A stretch of DNA of 64,000 bases from an uncultured Gammaproteobacteria bacterium (GTDB lineage: Bacteria; Patescibacteriota; Patescibacteriia; UBA2591; CAYTBZ01), in NCBI GenBank assembly GCA_964436275.1, contig CAYTBZ010000002.1, positions 13,660 to 77,659 of the forward strand, given 5' to 3'. This document shows positions 9,908 to 20,479 of this stretch, in pieces. The notes beneath the pieces were generated by a model. That model saw only the letters and a program-made list of their open reading frames with translations, made no database searches and had not been told where the DNA came from. A program made the position numbers and the translations under genes. Each line of letters opens with the position of its first letter. The first letter of the stretch is position 1.

Positions 9908-10750
9908 ATGCCAATAAAATTATATAAACCAATTACCCCAGGAAGAAGGAAAGCAAGTGTAGTAGTAAATCCGGAAATAAGCAAGAAAAGACCAGAAAAG
10001 TCATTGATAACAATAAAGAAAAAAAAGGCGGGAAGAAGTAAGGGGAAAATCACTGTAAGACATCGAGGCGGCGGTGCTAAAAGGTTTATTCGTATTATAG
10101 ACTTTAAGAGGGATAAATTTGATGTTCCAGCAAAAGTAGTTGCTTTAGAATACGACCCCAATCGTACTGCTTATATTGCTTTGCTAGAATATGAAGACAA
10201 GGAAAAAAGGTATATTATTGCTCCTGAGGGATTAAAAGTTGGAGACACTGTTCTTTCTTCAAAGAATAAGATCGAACAAAAAATCGGTAATTGTCTTCCT
10301 TTAGAACATATTTTACCTGGAACAGTTGTTCACAATATAGAACTTCAGCCAGGAAAAGGAGGAGAGATTGTTCGGGCAGCCGGCGCTGGCGCTACTTTAA
10401 TGGTCTGTGAAGGTAAATATGCTCAATTAAAATTACCCTCAGGAGAAATAAGATTAGTTCCTAAGAATTGTTTGGCAACTATTGGACAAGTAAGCAAATC
10501 AGAGCATCGTTTAAGACGTTTAGGTAAAGCAGGTCGCACTCGGCATTTAGGAATTAGGCCATCAGTAAGAGGAAAGGCAATGAGTCCGCGTGACCATCCC
10601 CATGGTGGAGGTGAAGGAGGTTGTCCGATTGGTTTAAAACATCCTAAAACTCCTTGGGGAAAACCTGCTTTAGGTGTAAAGACAAGAAAGAAGAATAAAC
10701 CATCAGATAAATTGATTCTCAAGAGAAGGAAAAAGAAAAAAAGGAAATAA
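9908..10750 (+). CDS. rplB: 50S ribosomal protein L2
   Basis: [17 protein letters not shown]. Confidence 0.99.
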   Translation: MPIKLYKPITPGRRKASVVVNPEISKKRPEKSLITIKKKKAGRSKGKITVRHRGGGAKRFIRIIDFKRDKFDVPAKVVALEYDPNRTAYIALLEYEDKEKRYIIAPEGLKVGDTVLSSKNKIEQKIGNCLPLEHILPGTVVHNIELQPGKGGEIVRAAGAGATLMVCEGKYAQLKLPSGEIRLVPKNCLATIGQVSKSEHRLRRLGKAGRTRHLGIRPSVRGKAMSPRDHPHGGGEGGCPIGLKHPKTPWGKPALGVKTRKKNKPSDKLILKRRKKKKRK

Positions 10751-10765
10751 ATAATAAAAAGAAAT

Positions 10766-11068
10766 ATGGCTAGAAGTTTAAAAAAAGGTCCATACGTTGA
10801 TGAGAAACTTTTAAAAAAGATTTCTCGACTTAAAAGAGGCGATAAGACAGTAATTAAGACTTGGTCGCGTGATTCTACTATTACTCCAGAAATGGTTGGT
10901 TTTACCATTGGTGTTTATAATGGTCGTACCCATATTCCTGTTTTCATTACCGAAGAGATGGTCGGCCACAAATTAGGCGAATTTTCTCCGACAAGGAAGT
11001 TTATTAAACATGGAGGTAAAATGCAAAGAGAGTTAGAAAAGAAAGCAGCAGCTAAAGAAAAGAAATAA
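10766..11068 (+). CDS. rpsS: 30S ribosomal protein S19
   Basis: [20 protein letters not shown]. Confidence 0.99.
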   Translation: MARSLKKGPYVDEKLLKKISRLKRGDKTVIKTWSRDSTITPEMVGFTIGVYNGRTHIPVFITEEMVGHKLGEFSPTRKFIKHGGKMQRELEKKAAAKEKK

Positions 11069-11079
11069 AGTTTAAAATT

Positions 11080-11658
11080 ATGGAAATAAAAGCAAAGGCA
11101 AAATATGTTAGAATTTCTCCACGCAAAGTAAGAGCTGTTTTAGATTTAATTAAGGGTTTAGATGTTGTTGAAGCTAGAAATCAACTGATGTTTGTTAAAA
11201 AAAGAGCGAAGGAGCCTATTTTAAAAGTTCTTGATTCGGCTATTGCTAATGCTGAAACAAATTTTAAAATTAAAAAAGATAATTTATATATAAAAAGGGC
11301 TATTGCTGAAGAAGGACCGACTTTAAAAAGGTTTCAGCCACGCGCTTTTGGTCGAGCAACGCCAATAAGAAAAAGGAGTACCCACATTCTTATCGTTTTG
11401 GAAGAAAAAGTTAAAAAAGAAAAAGAGGAGTTAGGAAAGAAAAAGAGTGAATTGAAGGCAAAAAGTTCTTCTTTACCGAAAGAAAAAGAAATAGAGAAAG
11501 TTAGCTCGCCTGAAGAAATTCCTTCAGAAGATAAGGGTAAAGCAGTTTTTGAAGAGAAAATAAAAGAAAAAGGTCGTTTAGAAGAAGGTTTAAGTAAGAT
11601 GTCCTTAAAAAGAGCAAAAGGATTTGCTAAAAGGATATTTAGAAGGAAATCAACTTAA
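11080..11658 (+). CDS. rplV: 50S ribosomal protein L22 with ~80-aa C-terminal extension
   Basis: RISPRKVR, GPTLKRFQPRAFGRA. Confidence 0.97.
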   Translation: MEIKAKAKYVRISPRKVRAVLDLIKGLDVVEARNQLMFVKKRAKEPILKVLDSAIANAETNFKIKKDNLYIKRAIAEEGPTLKRFQPRAFGRATPIRKRSTHILIVLEEKVKKEKEELGKKKSELKAKSSSLPKEKEIEKVSSPEEIPSEDKGKAVFEEKIKEKGRLEEGLSKMSLKRAKGFAKRIFRRKST

Positions 11659-11670
11659 TATAAATAAACA

Positions 11671-12345
11671 ATGGGAAGAAAAGTTCATCCAAAAATTTTT
11701 CGAGTAAGCCAGACAACAGATTGGAATTCAAAATGGTTTGCTGATAAGAAGAAGCAGGCATCCTTGCTTAAAGAGGATGTGTTGGTTCGTGATTATTTAC
11801 GTCAAAGATTAGACAAAGTAGGTTTAGATAAAATAATAATAGAAAGGTTTACTGATAAAATAAGGATTACGATTTTTGCTGCTAGACCAGGAATGATTAT
11901 TGGACGAGGAGGCAAAGGAGTTGAGCAACTAAAAAAGGAGATAAAAGAGAAATTTTTTCAAAATAAAGACAATTTTGAATTAAATATTCAAGAGGTAAAA
12001 AACCCTTTTTTGTCAGCAGGGGTAGTTTTGGAAAATATTGTTGCTGATTTAGAAAAAAGAGTTCCTTACCGAAAAGCGATGAAAAGGGCTATTTCTCAGG
12101 TTCAAAAAGCTGGTGCTAAGGGTGTTAAAGTAATTACCTCAGGTCGGCTTGACGGAGTAGAAATTGCTCGGCAGGAAACTCTTTCTTGGGGTAAGGTGCC
12201 TGTAGGAACTCTTCGGGCAGATATTGACTATGCTCAAGGAATTGCTAGAACTATTTATGGAGTAATTGGCGTGAAAGTTTGGATATATCGAGGAGATGTT
12301 TTTAAGGAGAAAAAAGAAAAAGATAATTCCACTACTAATAAGTAA
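11671..12345 (+). CDS. rpsC: 30S ribosomal protein S3
   Basis: [30 protein letters not shown]. Confidence 0.98.
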   Translation: MGRKVHPKIFRVSQTTDWNSKWFADKKKQASLLKEDVLVRDYLRQRLDKVGLDKIIIERFTDKIRITIFAARPGMIIGRGGKGVEQLKKEIKEKFFQNKDNFELNIQEVKNPFLSAGVVLENIVADLEKRVPYRKAMKRAISQVQKAGAKGVKVITSGRLDGVEIARQETLSWGKVPVGTLRADIDYAQGIARTIYGVIGVKVWIYRGDVFKEKKEKDNSTTNK

Positions 12346-12350
12346 AAGTT

Positions 12351-12764
12351 ATGCTTATTCCTAAAAAAGTTAAACATAGAAAGTGGCAGAAAGGAAGAGG
12401 AAGGGGGAAAAGAAAAGCAGTACGGAAGACAAAATTAGATTTTGGTAGTATTGGTTTAAAAAGTTTAAGTTCTGCTTGGCTTAATTCTCGTCAAATTGAG
12501 GCAGCGCGTCGGGCGATTACTCATCATATTCATCGTAAAGGAAAAATATGGATAAGGATTTTTCCGGATAAACCAGTAACAAAAAAAAGTTCAGAAGTGC
12601 CTATGGGTGGAGGTAAAGGAGCAGTTGATCATTATGTAGCTGTAGTTAAACCCGGAATGATGCTATTTGAGGTAGATGGCGTTCCTTTAGAGATAGCAAA
12701 AGAAGCCCTTCGTCTTGCTTCTTATAAACTACCTGTAAAGACAAAAATAGTTATTAAGGAATAA
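12351..12764 (+). CDS. rplP: 50S ribosomal protein L16
   Basis: [22 protein letters not shown]. Confidence 0.98.
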   Translation: MLIPKKVKHRKWQKGRGRGKRKAVRKTKLDFGSIGLKSLSSAWLNSRQIEAARRAITHHIHRKGKIWIRIFPDKPVTKKSSEVPMGGGKGAVDHYVAVVKPGMMLFEVDGVPLEIAKEALRLASYKLPVKTKIVIKE

Positions 12765-12766
12765 AT

Positions 12767-12967
12767 ATGAAAGCCAAGGAGTTAAGAAAAAAATCAAGAA
12801 AGGAATTGCAAGCCCTATTAAACAATCTTCGTAAAGAATTGGCAGAATTAAGATTTAAAATAGCCGCTAAGCAGTTGAAGAATGTTCGGAAATTTAGAGA
12901 AGTAAGAAAAGATATTGCAAGAATTTTAACAATTATTCGAGAAAAAAAAGAAGATAATAAAAAATAA
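12767..12967 (+). CDS. rpmC: 50S ribosomal protein L29
   Basis: MKAKELR...[10 protein letters not shown]; operon position. Confidence 0.96.
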   Translation: MKAKELRKKSRKELQALLNNLRKELAELRFKIAAKQLKNVRKFREVRKDIARILTIIREKKEDNKK

Positions 12968-12969
12968 TT

Positions 12970-13221
12970 ATGAAAAAAGAAGAGAAAAAAAAGAGGCGTT
13001 TTAAGGGAGTGGTTGTCAGTGATAAAATGGATAAGACCATTGTAGTTAAAGTAGAAAGATTGAAAGCGCATCCGAAATATAAAAAAAGATATAAACAAAG
13101 TAAGAAGTATAAAGTTCATGACGAAAAGAATGAATACAAAGTCGGAGATGAAATTATTTTTGAGGAATGCCGTCCTCTTTCCAAAGAGAAGAGATGGAGA
13201 GCAATTAGAAAGATAAAATAA
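12970..13221 (+). CDS. rpsQ: 30S ribosomal protein S17
   Basis: [18 protein letters not shown]. Confidence 0.98.
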   Translation: MKKEEKKKRRFKGVVVSDKMDKTIVVKVERLKAHPKYKKRYKQSKKYKVHDEKNEYKVGDEIIFEECRPLSKEKRWRAIRKIK

Positions 13222-13239
13222 AATTAATTATAAAAGATA

Positions 13240-13611
13240 ATGATACAACATAGGTCAATTTTAAAAGTTGCTGATAATACGGGTGCTAAAAAGATTATGT
13301 GCATTCGGGTCTTAGGTGGTTATAAAAAAAGATACGCTCGTGTAGGAGATATTATTACGGCAACTGTAAAAGAGGCACAACCGTATGGTATGGTTAAAAA
13401 AGGAGATATTGTTTATGCTGTGATTGTCCGAACCAAAAAAGAAACAAGAAGACCTGACGGTTCTTATTTACGTTTTAGCGATAACGCAGCCGTGATAATT
13501 GATAAAAAAACAAAAGAGCCGAAGGGAACAAGAATTTTTGGTCCAGTTGCTCGAGAATTAAGAGACAAAGGATTTAGTAAAATTATCTCTTTAGCTCCTG
13601 AGGTGTTATAA
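13240..13611 (+). CDS. rplN: 50S ribosomal protein L14
   Basis: [20 protein letters not shown]. Confidence 0.99.
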   Translation: MIQHRSILKVADNTGAKKIMCIRVLGGYKKRYARVGDIITATVKEAQPYGMVKKGDIVYAVIVRTKKETRRPDGSYLRFSDNAAVIIDKKTKEPKGTRIFGPVARELRDKGFSKIISLAPEVL

Positions 13612-13615
13612 AATT

Positions 13616-13948
13616 ATGAAAATAAAAAAAGGAGATTTAGTAAAAATTTTAAAAGGTAAAGACCGCGGAAAGAAAGGGAAGGTTTTAGAAGTTTTTCCTA
13701 AAGAGAGAAAAGTTATTGTTGAGGGGATAAACCTTTTAGTTAAACATGTAAAGCCGAGAAGAGAAAGAGAAAAGGGACAAAGAATTCAGTTTCCTGCACC
13801 AATGGATGTTTCTAAAGTTATGCTGATTTGTCCTCGTTGCAATAAGCCGACTAGAGTAGGTTATAAAATTATTTATCAACAGATAGAGGGTAAGAAAAAA
13901 AGAAAGAAAGTCCGTTTATGTAAAAAATGTAAAGAAATAATTGACTAA
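13616..13948 (+). CDS. rplX: 50S ribosomal protein L24 (Zn-ribbon type)
   Basis: KOW motif GKDRGKKG; CPRC...CKKC. Confidence 0.97.
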   Translation: MKIKKGDLVKILKGKDRGKKGKVLEVFPKERKVIVEGINLLVKHVKPRREREKGQRIQFPAPMDVSKVMLICPRCNKPTRVGYKIIYQQIEGKKKRKKVRLCKKCKEIID

Positions 13949-13952
13949 AAAT

Positions 13953-14495
13953 ATGAATGAATTAATTAAAAAATATAAAGAAGTAGTTGTTCCTCAGATG
14001 AAGGAGAAATTTGGTTATAAAAATGATTTGGCTGTACCAAGAATAGAAAAGGTTACTCTAAATGTCGGGATTAGTTCCAGTAATAAGGATACGCAATTTA
14101 TTAAGGCAATAGAGGAAAGTCTGACAAGTATTACTGGACAAAGACCAGTGAAGACATTAGCCAAAAAATCAATTTCTAGTTTCAAAATTAGACAAGGAAT
14201 GGTTGTTGGCTATAAAGTTACCCTGAGAGGGAAAAAGATGTATGATTTTATTTATAAATTAATTAACATTGCCTTGCCACGGGTAAGAGATTTTTGGGGA
14301 ATTTCTTTAAAAAGCGTAGATAAGCAAGGAAACCTTACTTTAGGATTTAAGGAAAATATTGTCTTTCCTGAAATTAATCCTTCAAAAGTAGAGAAATTTC
14401 ATGGCTTAGAGGTTACCATTACTACTTCTGCTAAAACAAGGGAAGAAGGCCTTACTCTTTTGAAACTTTTAGGATTTCCTTTTAAAGAAAAATAA
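13953..14495 (+). CDS. rplE: 50S ribosomal protein L5
   Basis: ITGQRP, KVTLRG, LPRVRDF; ATG 13953 preferred. Confidence 0.98.
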   Translation: MNELIKKYKEVVVPQMKEKFGYKNDLAVPRIEKVTLNVGISSSNKDTQFIKAIEESLTSITGQRPVKTLAKKSISSFKIRQGMVVGYKVTLRGKKMYDFIYKLINIALPRVRDFWGISLKSVDKQGNLTLGFKENIVFPEINPSKVEKFHGLEVTITTSAKTREEGLTLLKLLGFPFKEK

Positions 14496-14505
14496 ATTTA
14501 ATTTT

Positions 14506-14691
14506 ATGGCAAGAAAAGCATTAATAGTAAAAGCAAAAAAGAAACCAAAATATTCTACTCGAGTAGTTCGTCGTTGCTGGCGTTGCGGTCGCTCGCGAGG
14601 TTATATTAGAGAATATGGTTTATGTCGGATATGTTTTCGGGAATTAGCCAATCGGGGAGAGATTCCGGGCATTAAAAAAGCTTCGTGGTAA
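14506..14691 (+). CDS. rpsZ: 30S ribosomal protein S14, Zn-binding type Z
   Basis: RCWRCGR...LCRICFRE. Confidence 0.97.
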   Translation: MARKALIVKAKKKPKYSTRVVRRCWRCGRSRGYIREYGLCRICFRELANRGEIPGIKKASW

Positions 14692-14722
14692 ATTTTATTA
14701 AATAAATTAATAGATTTTTTCT

Positions 14723-15118
14723 ATGACAATAACAGACCCAATAGCCGATATGTTAACTAGAATAAGAAATGCCTTAGCTGTGCATAAGGAAGAAGTAGTT
14801 ATTCCTTATTCCCGCATAAAGTTAGAAATAGCAAAGATTTTAGAAGAAAATAATTATGTAAAGGAAGTAAGAGTAATGGATAATTACTTTAAAGAAATTT
14901 TGATTAGGTTAAAATATGAGAAGGATGGTCAGCCAGCTATTCGGTCTTTAAAGAGAATTAGTAAGCCAGGATGTCGTATTTATGTTAAAAAGGATAATCT
15001 GCCAAGAGTATTAAATGATAAAGGTATTGCTATTATCTCTACTTCTCAAGGAATAATGACCAATAGAGAAGCGAAAAGAAGAGGAATAGGAGGGGAAGTT
15101 TTATGTGAAATTTATTAA
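14723..15118 (+). CDS. rpsH: 30S ribosomal protein S8
   Basis: DPIADMLTRIRNA, STSQG, GGEVL. Confidence 0.99.
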   Translation: MTITDPIADMLTRIRNALAVHKEEVVIPYSRIKLEIAKILEENNYVKEVRVMDNYFKEILIRLKYEKDGQPAIRSLKRISKPGCRIYVKKDNLPRVLNDKGIAIISTSQGIMTNREAKRRGIGGEVLCEIY

Positions 15119-15122
15119 AATT

Positions 15123-15674
15123 ATGTCACGAATAGGCAAACAACCCATTATTTTACCAGAAGGTGTGGAAGCGGAGTTAAAGGAAGATACTTTAATAATT
15201 AAAGGTCCAAAAGGTGTTTTAGAGAGAAAACTCCTTCCTGAAGTTAAAGTTAAACAAAAGGACAATGTTTTAACTGTTGAGGTTGATAATCCAAAAGACA
15301 GAAAACAACGGGCTTTATGGGGACTTTTTCAAAGATTAATTAGTAATATGGTCAAAGGTGTGGTTTCTGGTTATGAAAAAAAGTTAGAATTAGTTGGTAT
15401 TGGTTATGGAGCAAAACTTCAAGGGAAGAAGTTAATTTTAAAAGTTGGCTTTTCTCATCCAGTGGAATTTGAAATTCCTCAGGGTATTGAAGTAAAGGTA
15501 GAAAAAAATATTATTACTCTTCAGGGTATAGACAAACAATTAGTAGGAGAAACTGCTGCCCAAATAAGAAGAATTCGGCCACCCGAACCCTATAAAGGAA
15601 AGGGAATTAAATATGTAGATGAAGTTATCAGAAGAAAAGCAGGTAAAAAGGCAGCTACTACTGGAGCCAAATAA
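15123..15674 (+). CDS. rplF: 50S ribosomal protein L6
   Basis: [19 protein letters not shown]. Confidence 0.98.
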   Translation: MSRIGKQPIILPEGVEAELKEDTLIIKGPKGVLERKLLPEVKVKQKDNVLTVEVDNPKDRKQRALWGLFQRLISNMVKGVVSGYEKKLELVGIGYGAKLQGKKLILKVGFSHPVEFEIPQGIEVKVEKNIITLQGIDKQLVGETAAQIRRIRPPEPYKGKGIKYVDEVIRRKAGKKAATTGAK

Positions 15675-15691
15675 AATATAAAAATAACTTT

Positions 15692-16087
15692 ATGGGGAAA
15701 ATAAAAGCAAAATTAAAAAAAGAAGCAAGAGAAAGAAGACATCGGCGAGTAAGAGCAAAGATAAAGGGAACAGCGGAAAGACCTCGGCTTTCTGTTTTCC
15801 GTAGTTTAAAACATATTTATGCCCAATTAATTGATGATACTCAAGGCAATACTTTAGTGGCTGCTAATGATTTAGAAATAAAGAAGATTTCCCAAAAGAT
15901 AGAGAAAGGCGATTTAGATAAATTTTCAACAAAAGTTAGAAAGGCCTACTTAGTAGGACAATTATTGGCTGAAAAAGCAATAAAGAAGGGGATTAAAAAA
16001 GTCGTTTTTGACCGAGGAGGTTATAAATATCACGGAAGAGTGAAGGCCTTAGCCGAAGGGGCAAGAAAAGGAGGTTTAAAATTTTAA
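15692..16087 (+). CDS. rplR: 50S ribosomal protein L18
   Basis: [21 protein letters not shown]. Confidence 0.98.
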   Translation: MGKIKAKLKKEARERRHRRVRAKIKGTAERPRLSVFRSLKHIYAQLIDDTQGNTLVAANDLEIKKISQKIEKGDLDKFSTKVRKAYLVGQLLAEKAIKKGIKKVVFDRGGYKYHGRVKALAEGARKGGLKF

Positions 16088-16098
16088 TTTTTTAAAAT

Positions 16099-16572
16099 AT
16101 GAATGGTTCAGAAGAAAAAATTCAAAGATCAATAGACAAAAAAGAAGAATTAGAACAAAGAGTGGTAGAGATTAGAAGAGTTACGAGGGTAACTGCCGGA
16201 GGGAAACAACTTTCTTTTCGTGCTTGTGTAGTCATTGGTGATAAAAAAGGCAAAGTTGGAATGGGGGTAGCCAAAGGAGCGGATGTGGCTATAGCCATAG
16301 AAAAAGCAGTAAGAAAAGCAAAAAAGAATTTAGTTGAAGTTCCTTTAATTAAAGGAACAATACCCCATCAAATTACAGAGAAGTTTAAGGCTTCCAAAGT
16401 TCTCTTAAAACCAGCGCCTAAAGGTAAAGGGATTATTGCTGGCGGACCAGTTAGGGTTGTTTTAGAATTAGCCGGATTTGAAGATGTAGTGAGTAAGATG
16501 CTTGGTTCGAATAATAAGATAAATAATATTATTGCCACTATCAACGCTTTAAAAAAGATGAAGATAAAATAA
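16099..16572 (+). CDS. rpsE: 30S ribosomal protein S5
   Basis: RVTRVTAGG, GIIAGGPVR. Confidence 0.98.
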   Translation: MNGSEEKIQRSIDKKEELEQRVVEIRRVTRVTAGGKQLSFRACVVIGDKKGKVGMGVAKGADVAIAIEKAVRKAKKNLVEVPLIKGTIPHQITEKFKASKVLLKPAPKGKGIIAGGPVRVVLELAGFEDVVSKMLGSNNKINNIIATINALKKMKIK

Positions 16573-16576
16573 AAAT

Positions 16577-17020
16577 ATGCCTTTAACCTTATCCAATTTA
16601 AAACCAAAGAAAGGGTCAAAAAAAGGGAAGAAGAGAGTAGGTCGTGGAGGAAAACGAGGAACCTATTCTGGCCGTGGTCAGAAGGGTCAGCGGGCACGTT
16701 CTGGAGGAAAGAAGGGATTAAAATTAAAAGGATTTAAAAGTTTGATGCATAACATTCCAAAACTACGCGGTTTTAAGAGCAGAAAGAAAAAAATGGCTGT
16801 GATTAATCTTGAAGATTTAGAGAAGAAATTTAACCAAGGCGAAACTGTTGACCTACAAAAGCTAAAAGAGATAGGATTAATAAAGAAGAGTGAAAAAAGA
16901 GTGAAAATTTTAGCCAAAGGAAAATTGACTAAGAAGTTAACAGTAAAAGCCCATGCTTTTTCTAAATCAGCTGAAGAAGAAATAAAAAAAGCAGGGGGAG
17001 AGGTGATTAAAATAGAATAA
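16577..17020 (+). CDS. rplO: 50S ribosomal protein L15
   Basis: RVGRG...SGRGQKGQRARSG. Confidence 0.97.
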   Translation: MPLTLSNLKPKKGSKKGKKRVGRGGKRGTYSGRGQKGQRARSGGKKGLKLKGFKSLMHNIPKLRGFKSRKKKMAVINLEDLEKKFNQGETVDLQKLKEIGLIKKSEKRVKILAKGKLTKKLTVKAHAFSKSAEEEIKKAGGEVIKIE

Positions 17021-17021
17021 G

Positions 17022-18296
17022 ATGTTAGAAAAATTAATCCAAATTTTAAAAATAAAGGAGTTAAGAAAGAAAATTTTCTTTGTTTTGGCTATGTTGCTTG
17101 TCTTTCGTTTTGCTGCTCATATCCCTGTACCCGGCGTTGACTTAAAAGCCCTTAAAGATTTTTTTAATTCTACCCAAGTTTTAGGTCTCTTAAACATACT
17201 TTCTGGCGGAGCAATGAGGAATTTTTCTATTGTTGCTTTGGGAGTTGCTCCTTATATTACTTCTTCTATTATTTTTCAACTTCTGGTTATGGTTGTTCCT
17301 AAGTTAGAAGAACTTTCTAAAGAAGGAGAAAGAGGTTATCAAATAATCAATCATTATACAAGAATTTTAACTGTTCCTTTAGCCGCTTTACAAGCTTATG
17401 GAATGATTGTGTTATTACAACGTTCAGGAAGAGGAATTATTGGAGAAATGAATTTTAGTCAAATAATTACTACAATTATAGTGATGACAGCAGGAACAAT
17501 GTTTCTGGTTTGGATAGGTGAATTAATTTCTGAGAAAAAGATTGGTAATGGAATTTCTTTAATAATTTTTGCTGGAATTGTCTCACGAATTCCGGGTATG
17601 ATCCAACAAACTCTGGTTACTTTAAACCCCAGTCAATTAACCAATATTATTGTTTTTATTGCTTTAATTCTGATTACTGTAGCTGGAATTGTTTTTATTA
17701 CTGAAGCCCAAAGGAACATTCCTGTCTCTTATGCTCGGCGGGTAAGAGGGATAAAAATTTACGGAGGAACAGATACCTATTTACCTTTAAGAGTAAATCA
17801 AGCCGGAATGATTCCGATTATTTTTGCTATTTCTGTGGTTTTGTTTCCACCTTTAATCGCTCGTTTTTTTCTTACAGCCAGGGCTTCTTGGTTAGTCGCC
17901 GCTGCTCAATTTGTTATCAATGTTTTTCAAAATAAAATAGTTTACGATTTTCTCTATTTTGCTTTTGTTATTATCTTTACTTATTTTTACACTTCAATCA
18001 TCTTTCATCCTCAGCAAATTGCCGAAAGTTTGCAAAAGCAAGGAGGGTTTATTCCAGGAATTAGACCGGGGCGTCAAACCGCCGAGTATCTAAAAAAAGT
18101 AAGTAATCGAATTATGTTAGCTGGTGCTTTGTTTTTGGGAACAGTTGCTGTTTTTCCAATTATTGTTCAAGGCGCTTTAGGTGTAACTAGTTTTGCTATT
18201 AGCGGTGCAAGTATGATTATTGTTGTTTCTGTGGTGATTGAAACTGTAAGGCAAATCAATGCTCAATTAACCATGAGAGAATACGAGGAAATATAA
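17022..18296 (+). CDS. secY: Preprotein translocase SecY
   Basis: LGVAPYITSSII, IGNGISLIIF, FIPGIRPG; 10 TM. Confidence 0.99.
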   Translation: MLEKLIQILKIKELRKKIFFVLAMLLVFRFAAHIPVPGVDLKALKDFFNSTQVLGLLNILSGGAMRNFSIVALGVAPYITSSIIFQLLVMVVPKLEELSKEGERGYQIINHYTRILTVPLAALQAYGMIVLLQRSGRGIIGEMNFSQIITTIIVMTAGTMFLVWIGELISEKKIGNGISLIIFAGIVSRIPGMIQQTLVTLNPSQLTNIIVFIALILITVAGIVFITEAQRNIPVSYARRVRGIKIYGGTDTYLPLRVNQAGMIPIIFAISVVLFPPLIARFFLTARASWLVAAAQFVINVFQNKIVYDFLYFAFVIIFTYFYTSIIFHPQQIAESLQKQGGFIPGIRPGRQTAEYLKKVSNRIMLAGALFLGTVAVFPIIVQGALGVTSFAISGASMIIVVSVVIETVRQINAQLTMREYEEI

Positions 18297-18328
18297 ACTG
18301 TTCCTAATGGTCTTTAGTTTTTTATTAT

Positions 18329-18349
18329 AAAGCCCTTCTGGGCTTTTTT
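18329..18349 (+). terminator. Terminator after secY
   Basis: AAAGCCC-ttct-GGGCTTT + T tract. Confidence 0.65.
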
Positions 18350-18381
18350 ACTTTTAGAATAATTGATGATAAAATAAAAAA

Positions 18382-19044
18382 ATGAGTAAAAATAGTAAAA
18401 AATTAAGAATTGTCTTGCTTGGAGCCCCGAGTTCTGGCAAGGGTACTCAAGCCGAACTTCTCTCTCAAAAACTTGGTTTGAAACATTTAGCCAGTGGCGA
18501 TATTTTTCGTCAAGAAGTGAAAAAGAAAAGTGAATTAGGGAAAGCAATAGAAGATTATTTAAAAAAAGGTAAGTTAGTCCCTGATGAATTAGTTAATAAA
18601 GTAATAATTTCAAAAATTAGAAAGACAAAGAAGGGGATAATTTTGGATGGCTATCCGCGGGATTTAACTCAAGCAAAATTTTTAGAAAAAAATTTTCCCA
18701 CTGATTTAGTTTTGGAAATAAAAATTTCAAATAAAGAGGCGCTAAAGAGAATTACTGGCCGACGAGTTTGTTCTTATTGCGGAGCAGTTTATCATTTAAA
18801 ATATAAACCACCGAAAAAGAAAGGAATTTGCGATATTTGTGGTCATAAATTAGTCCAGAGAGACGATGATAGAAGGGAAATAGCAGAAAAAAGATTGAAA
18901 CTCTATCATCAGACAATAAAGCCAATAACTAAATTTTATAAGAGAGAAGATAAACTTTTTATCATTAATGGAGAGCAATCTATTAAAAAAGTTTTTCAAG
19001 ATATTTTAAAGATTGTCTTGAGAAAGAAAGATGAAAAGAAATAA
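18382..19044 (+). CDS. adk: Adenylate kinase, copy 1 (Zn LID)
   Basis: GAPSSGKGTQ, LDGYPR, CSYC...CDIC, RDDD. Confidence 0.9.
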   Translation: MSKNSKKLRIVLLGAPSSGKGTQAELLSQKLGLKHLASGDIFRQEVKKKSELGKAIEDYLKKGKLVPDELVNKVIISKIRKTKKGIILDGYPRDLTQAKFLEKNFPTDLVLEIKISNKEALKRITGRRVCSYCGAVYHLKYKPPKKKGICDICGHKLVQRDDDRREIAEKRLKLYHQTIKPITKFYKREDKLFIINGEQSIKKVFQDILKIVLRKKDEKK

Positions 19045-19699
19045 TTTTAACATTATTCTAATTGGACCACCCGGAGCGGGTAAGGGTACTCAAGCTAATC
19101 TTTTGAAGGACAAATATAATTTAGAGCATCTTGAACCGGGAGATATGTTGCGAGAAATCATTCAGCGACAAGGAAGATTAGGAAAAAAAATTTCTCGGAT
19201 AGTTAATCAGGGAAAATTGGTTCCGACTTTTTTAATAATGAATTTAATTAAATTAAGAATTCAATCAATAAGGGAGGATCAAGGTATTATTTTTGACGGA
19301 AGTCCAAGAAGGTTACGGGAGGCAATTTTTTTGGAAAAATTATTAAAAAAATTTTCACGAAAGATTAACTATGTTTTTTATCTAAAAGTAAGCGAAGAGG
19401 AAAGTATAAAAAGATTATTAAGAAGAAGGACCTGCCAAAAATGCGACCGGACTTTTACTATTGGTAGAGATATTTCTCCAGAAGAGAAATATTGTCCTCT
19501 TTGCGGAGGAAAACTTTACCAGAGAAAAGATGATACTCTGCCAAAAATTAAAAAAAGATGGAAAGTTTATTTAAAAGAAACACTGCCGGTGGTCAAATAC
19601 TTTTCTCAAAAGAAGAAAATTTTTTATCAGATAGATGGAGAGCAATCAATTGAAAAAGTTTTTATTGATATCACTGGTATTATTGAAAAAATTAGTTAA
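19031..19699 (+). CDS. Adenylate kinase-family NMP kinase, copy 2 (Zn LID)
   Basis: GPPGAGKGTQ, FDGSPR, CQKC...CPLC, RKDD. Confidence 0.85.
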   Translation: MKRNNFNIILIGPPGAGKGTQANLLKDKYNLEHLEPGDMLREIIQRQGRLGKKISRIVNQGKLVPTFLIMNLIKLRIQSIREDQGIIFDGSPRRLREAIFLEKLLKKFSRKINYVFYLKVSEEESIKRLLRRRTCQKCDRTFTIGRDISPEEKYCPLCGGKLYQRKDDTLPKIKKRWKVYLKETLPVVKYFSQKKKIFYQIDGEQSIEKVFIDITGIIEKIS

Positions 19700-19709
19700 T
19701 TGAGGGTTT

Positions 19710-20471
19710 ATGGGTATAATTATTAAAACTTCTTCAGAAATTGCTCTTCTTCAAAAAGGAGGTTTAATTTTAGGAAGAATTCTACAAAAAGTCGCTCAGA
19801 GAGTAAAACCAGGAATCTCTACTTTAGAATTAGATATTTTAGCCGAAAACTTAATCAAACAAGAAGGAGGGGAGCCGAGTTTTAAAGGATATCGAGGGTT
19901 TCCGGCAACTCTTTGTACTTCAGTTAATGAGGAGGTCGTTCATGGCATTCCTTCGGCTGAGAGAATATTAAAAGAAGGAGATATTATTGATTTGGATATA
20001 GGCATGAAATATCAAGGTCTTTTTACTGATATGTCTATGACAGTTGGTGTTGGCAAAATTGACCAAAAAGCCAGAGAATTAATTGAAGTTACTTATCAGG
20101 CCTTGCTTAAGGGTATTGCTCAGGTTGCTCCGGGAAAATATACAGGTGATATAGGTTTTGCTATTCAGAATTTTGTTGAAAAAAGGGGCTTTTCTGTGGT
20201 AAGAGAATTAGTTGGTCACGGAGTAGGGAAGAAAGTTCATGAGGAGCCTGATATTCCCAATTACGGTAAAAAGGGAGAGGGGGTAAAATTAAGAAAGGGA
20301 ATGGTTATAGCCATTGAGCCAATGGTTAATCAAGGAGATTGGCGAATAATCATTAAGGATAATGGCTGGACAGCTGTTACAGCTGATCATTCACTTTCTG
20401 CCCATTTTGAACAAACAGTAGCCGTAACTGAAAAAGGTTATCAAATTTTAACTCCATTGTTTTTCCCTTAA
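19710..20471 (+). CDS. map: Methionine aminopeptidase type I
   Basis: SVNEEVVHGIP, GHGVG, IEPM, SAHFEQT. Confidence 0.97.
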   Translation: MGIIIKTSSEIALLQKGGLILGRILQKVAQRVKPGISTLELDILAENLIKQEGGEPSFKGYRGFPATLCTSVNEEVVHGIPSAERILKEGDIIDLDIGMKYQGLFTDMSMTVGVGKIDQKARELIEVTYQALLKGIAQVAPGKYTGDIGFAIQNFVEKRGFSVVRELVGHGVGKKVHEEPDIPNYGKKGEGVKLRKGMVIAIEPMVNQGDWRIIIKDNGWTAVTADHSLSAHFEQTVAVTEKGYQILTPLFFP

Positions 20472-20479
20472 TTCTTTCT

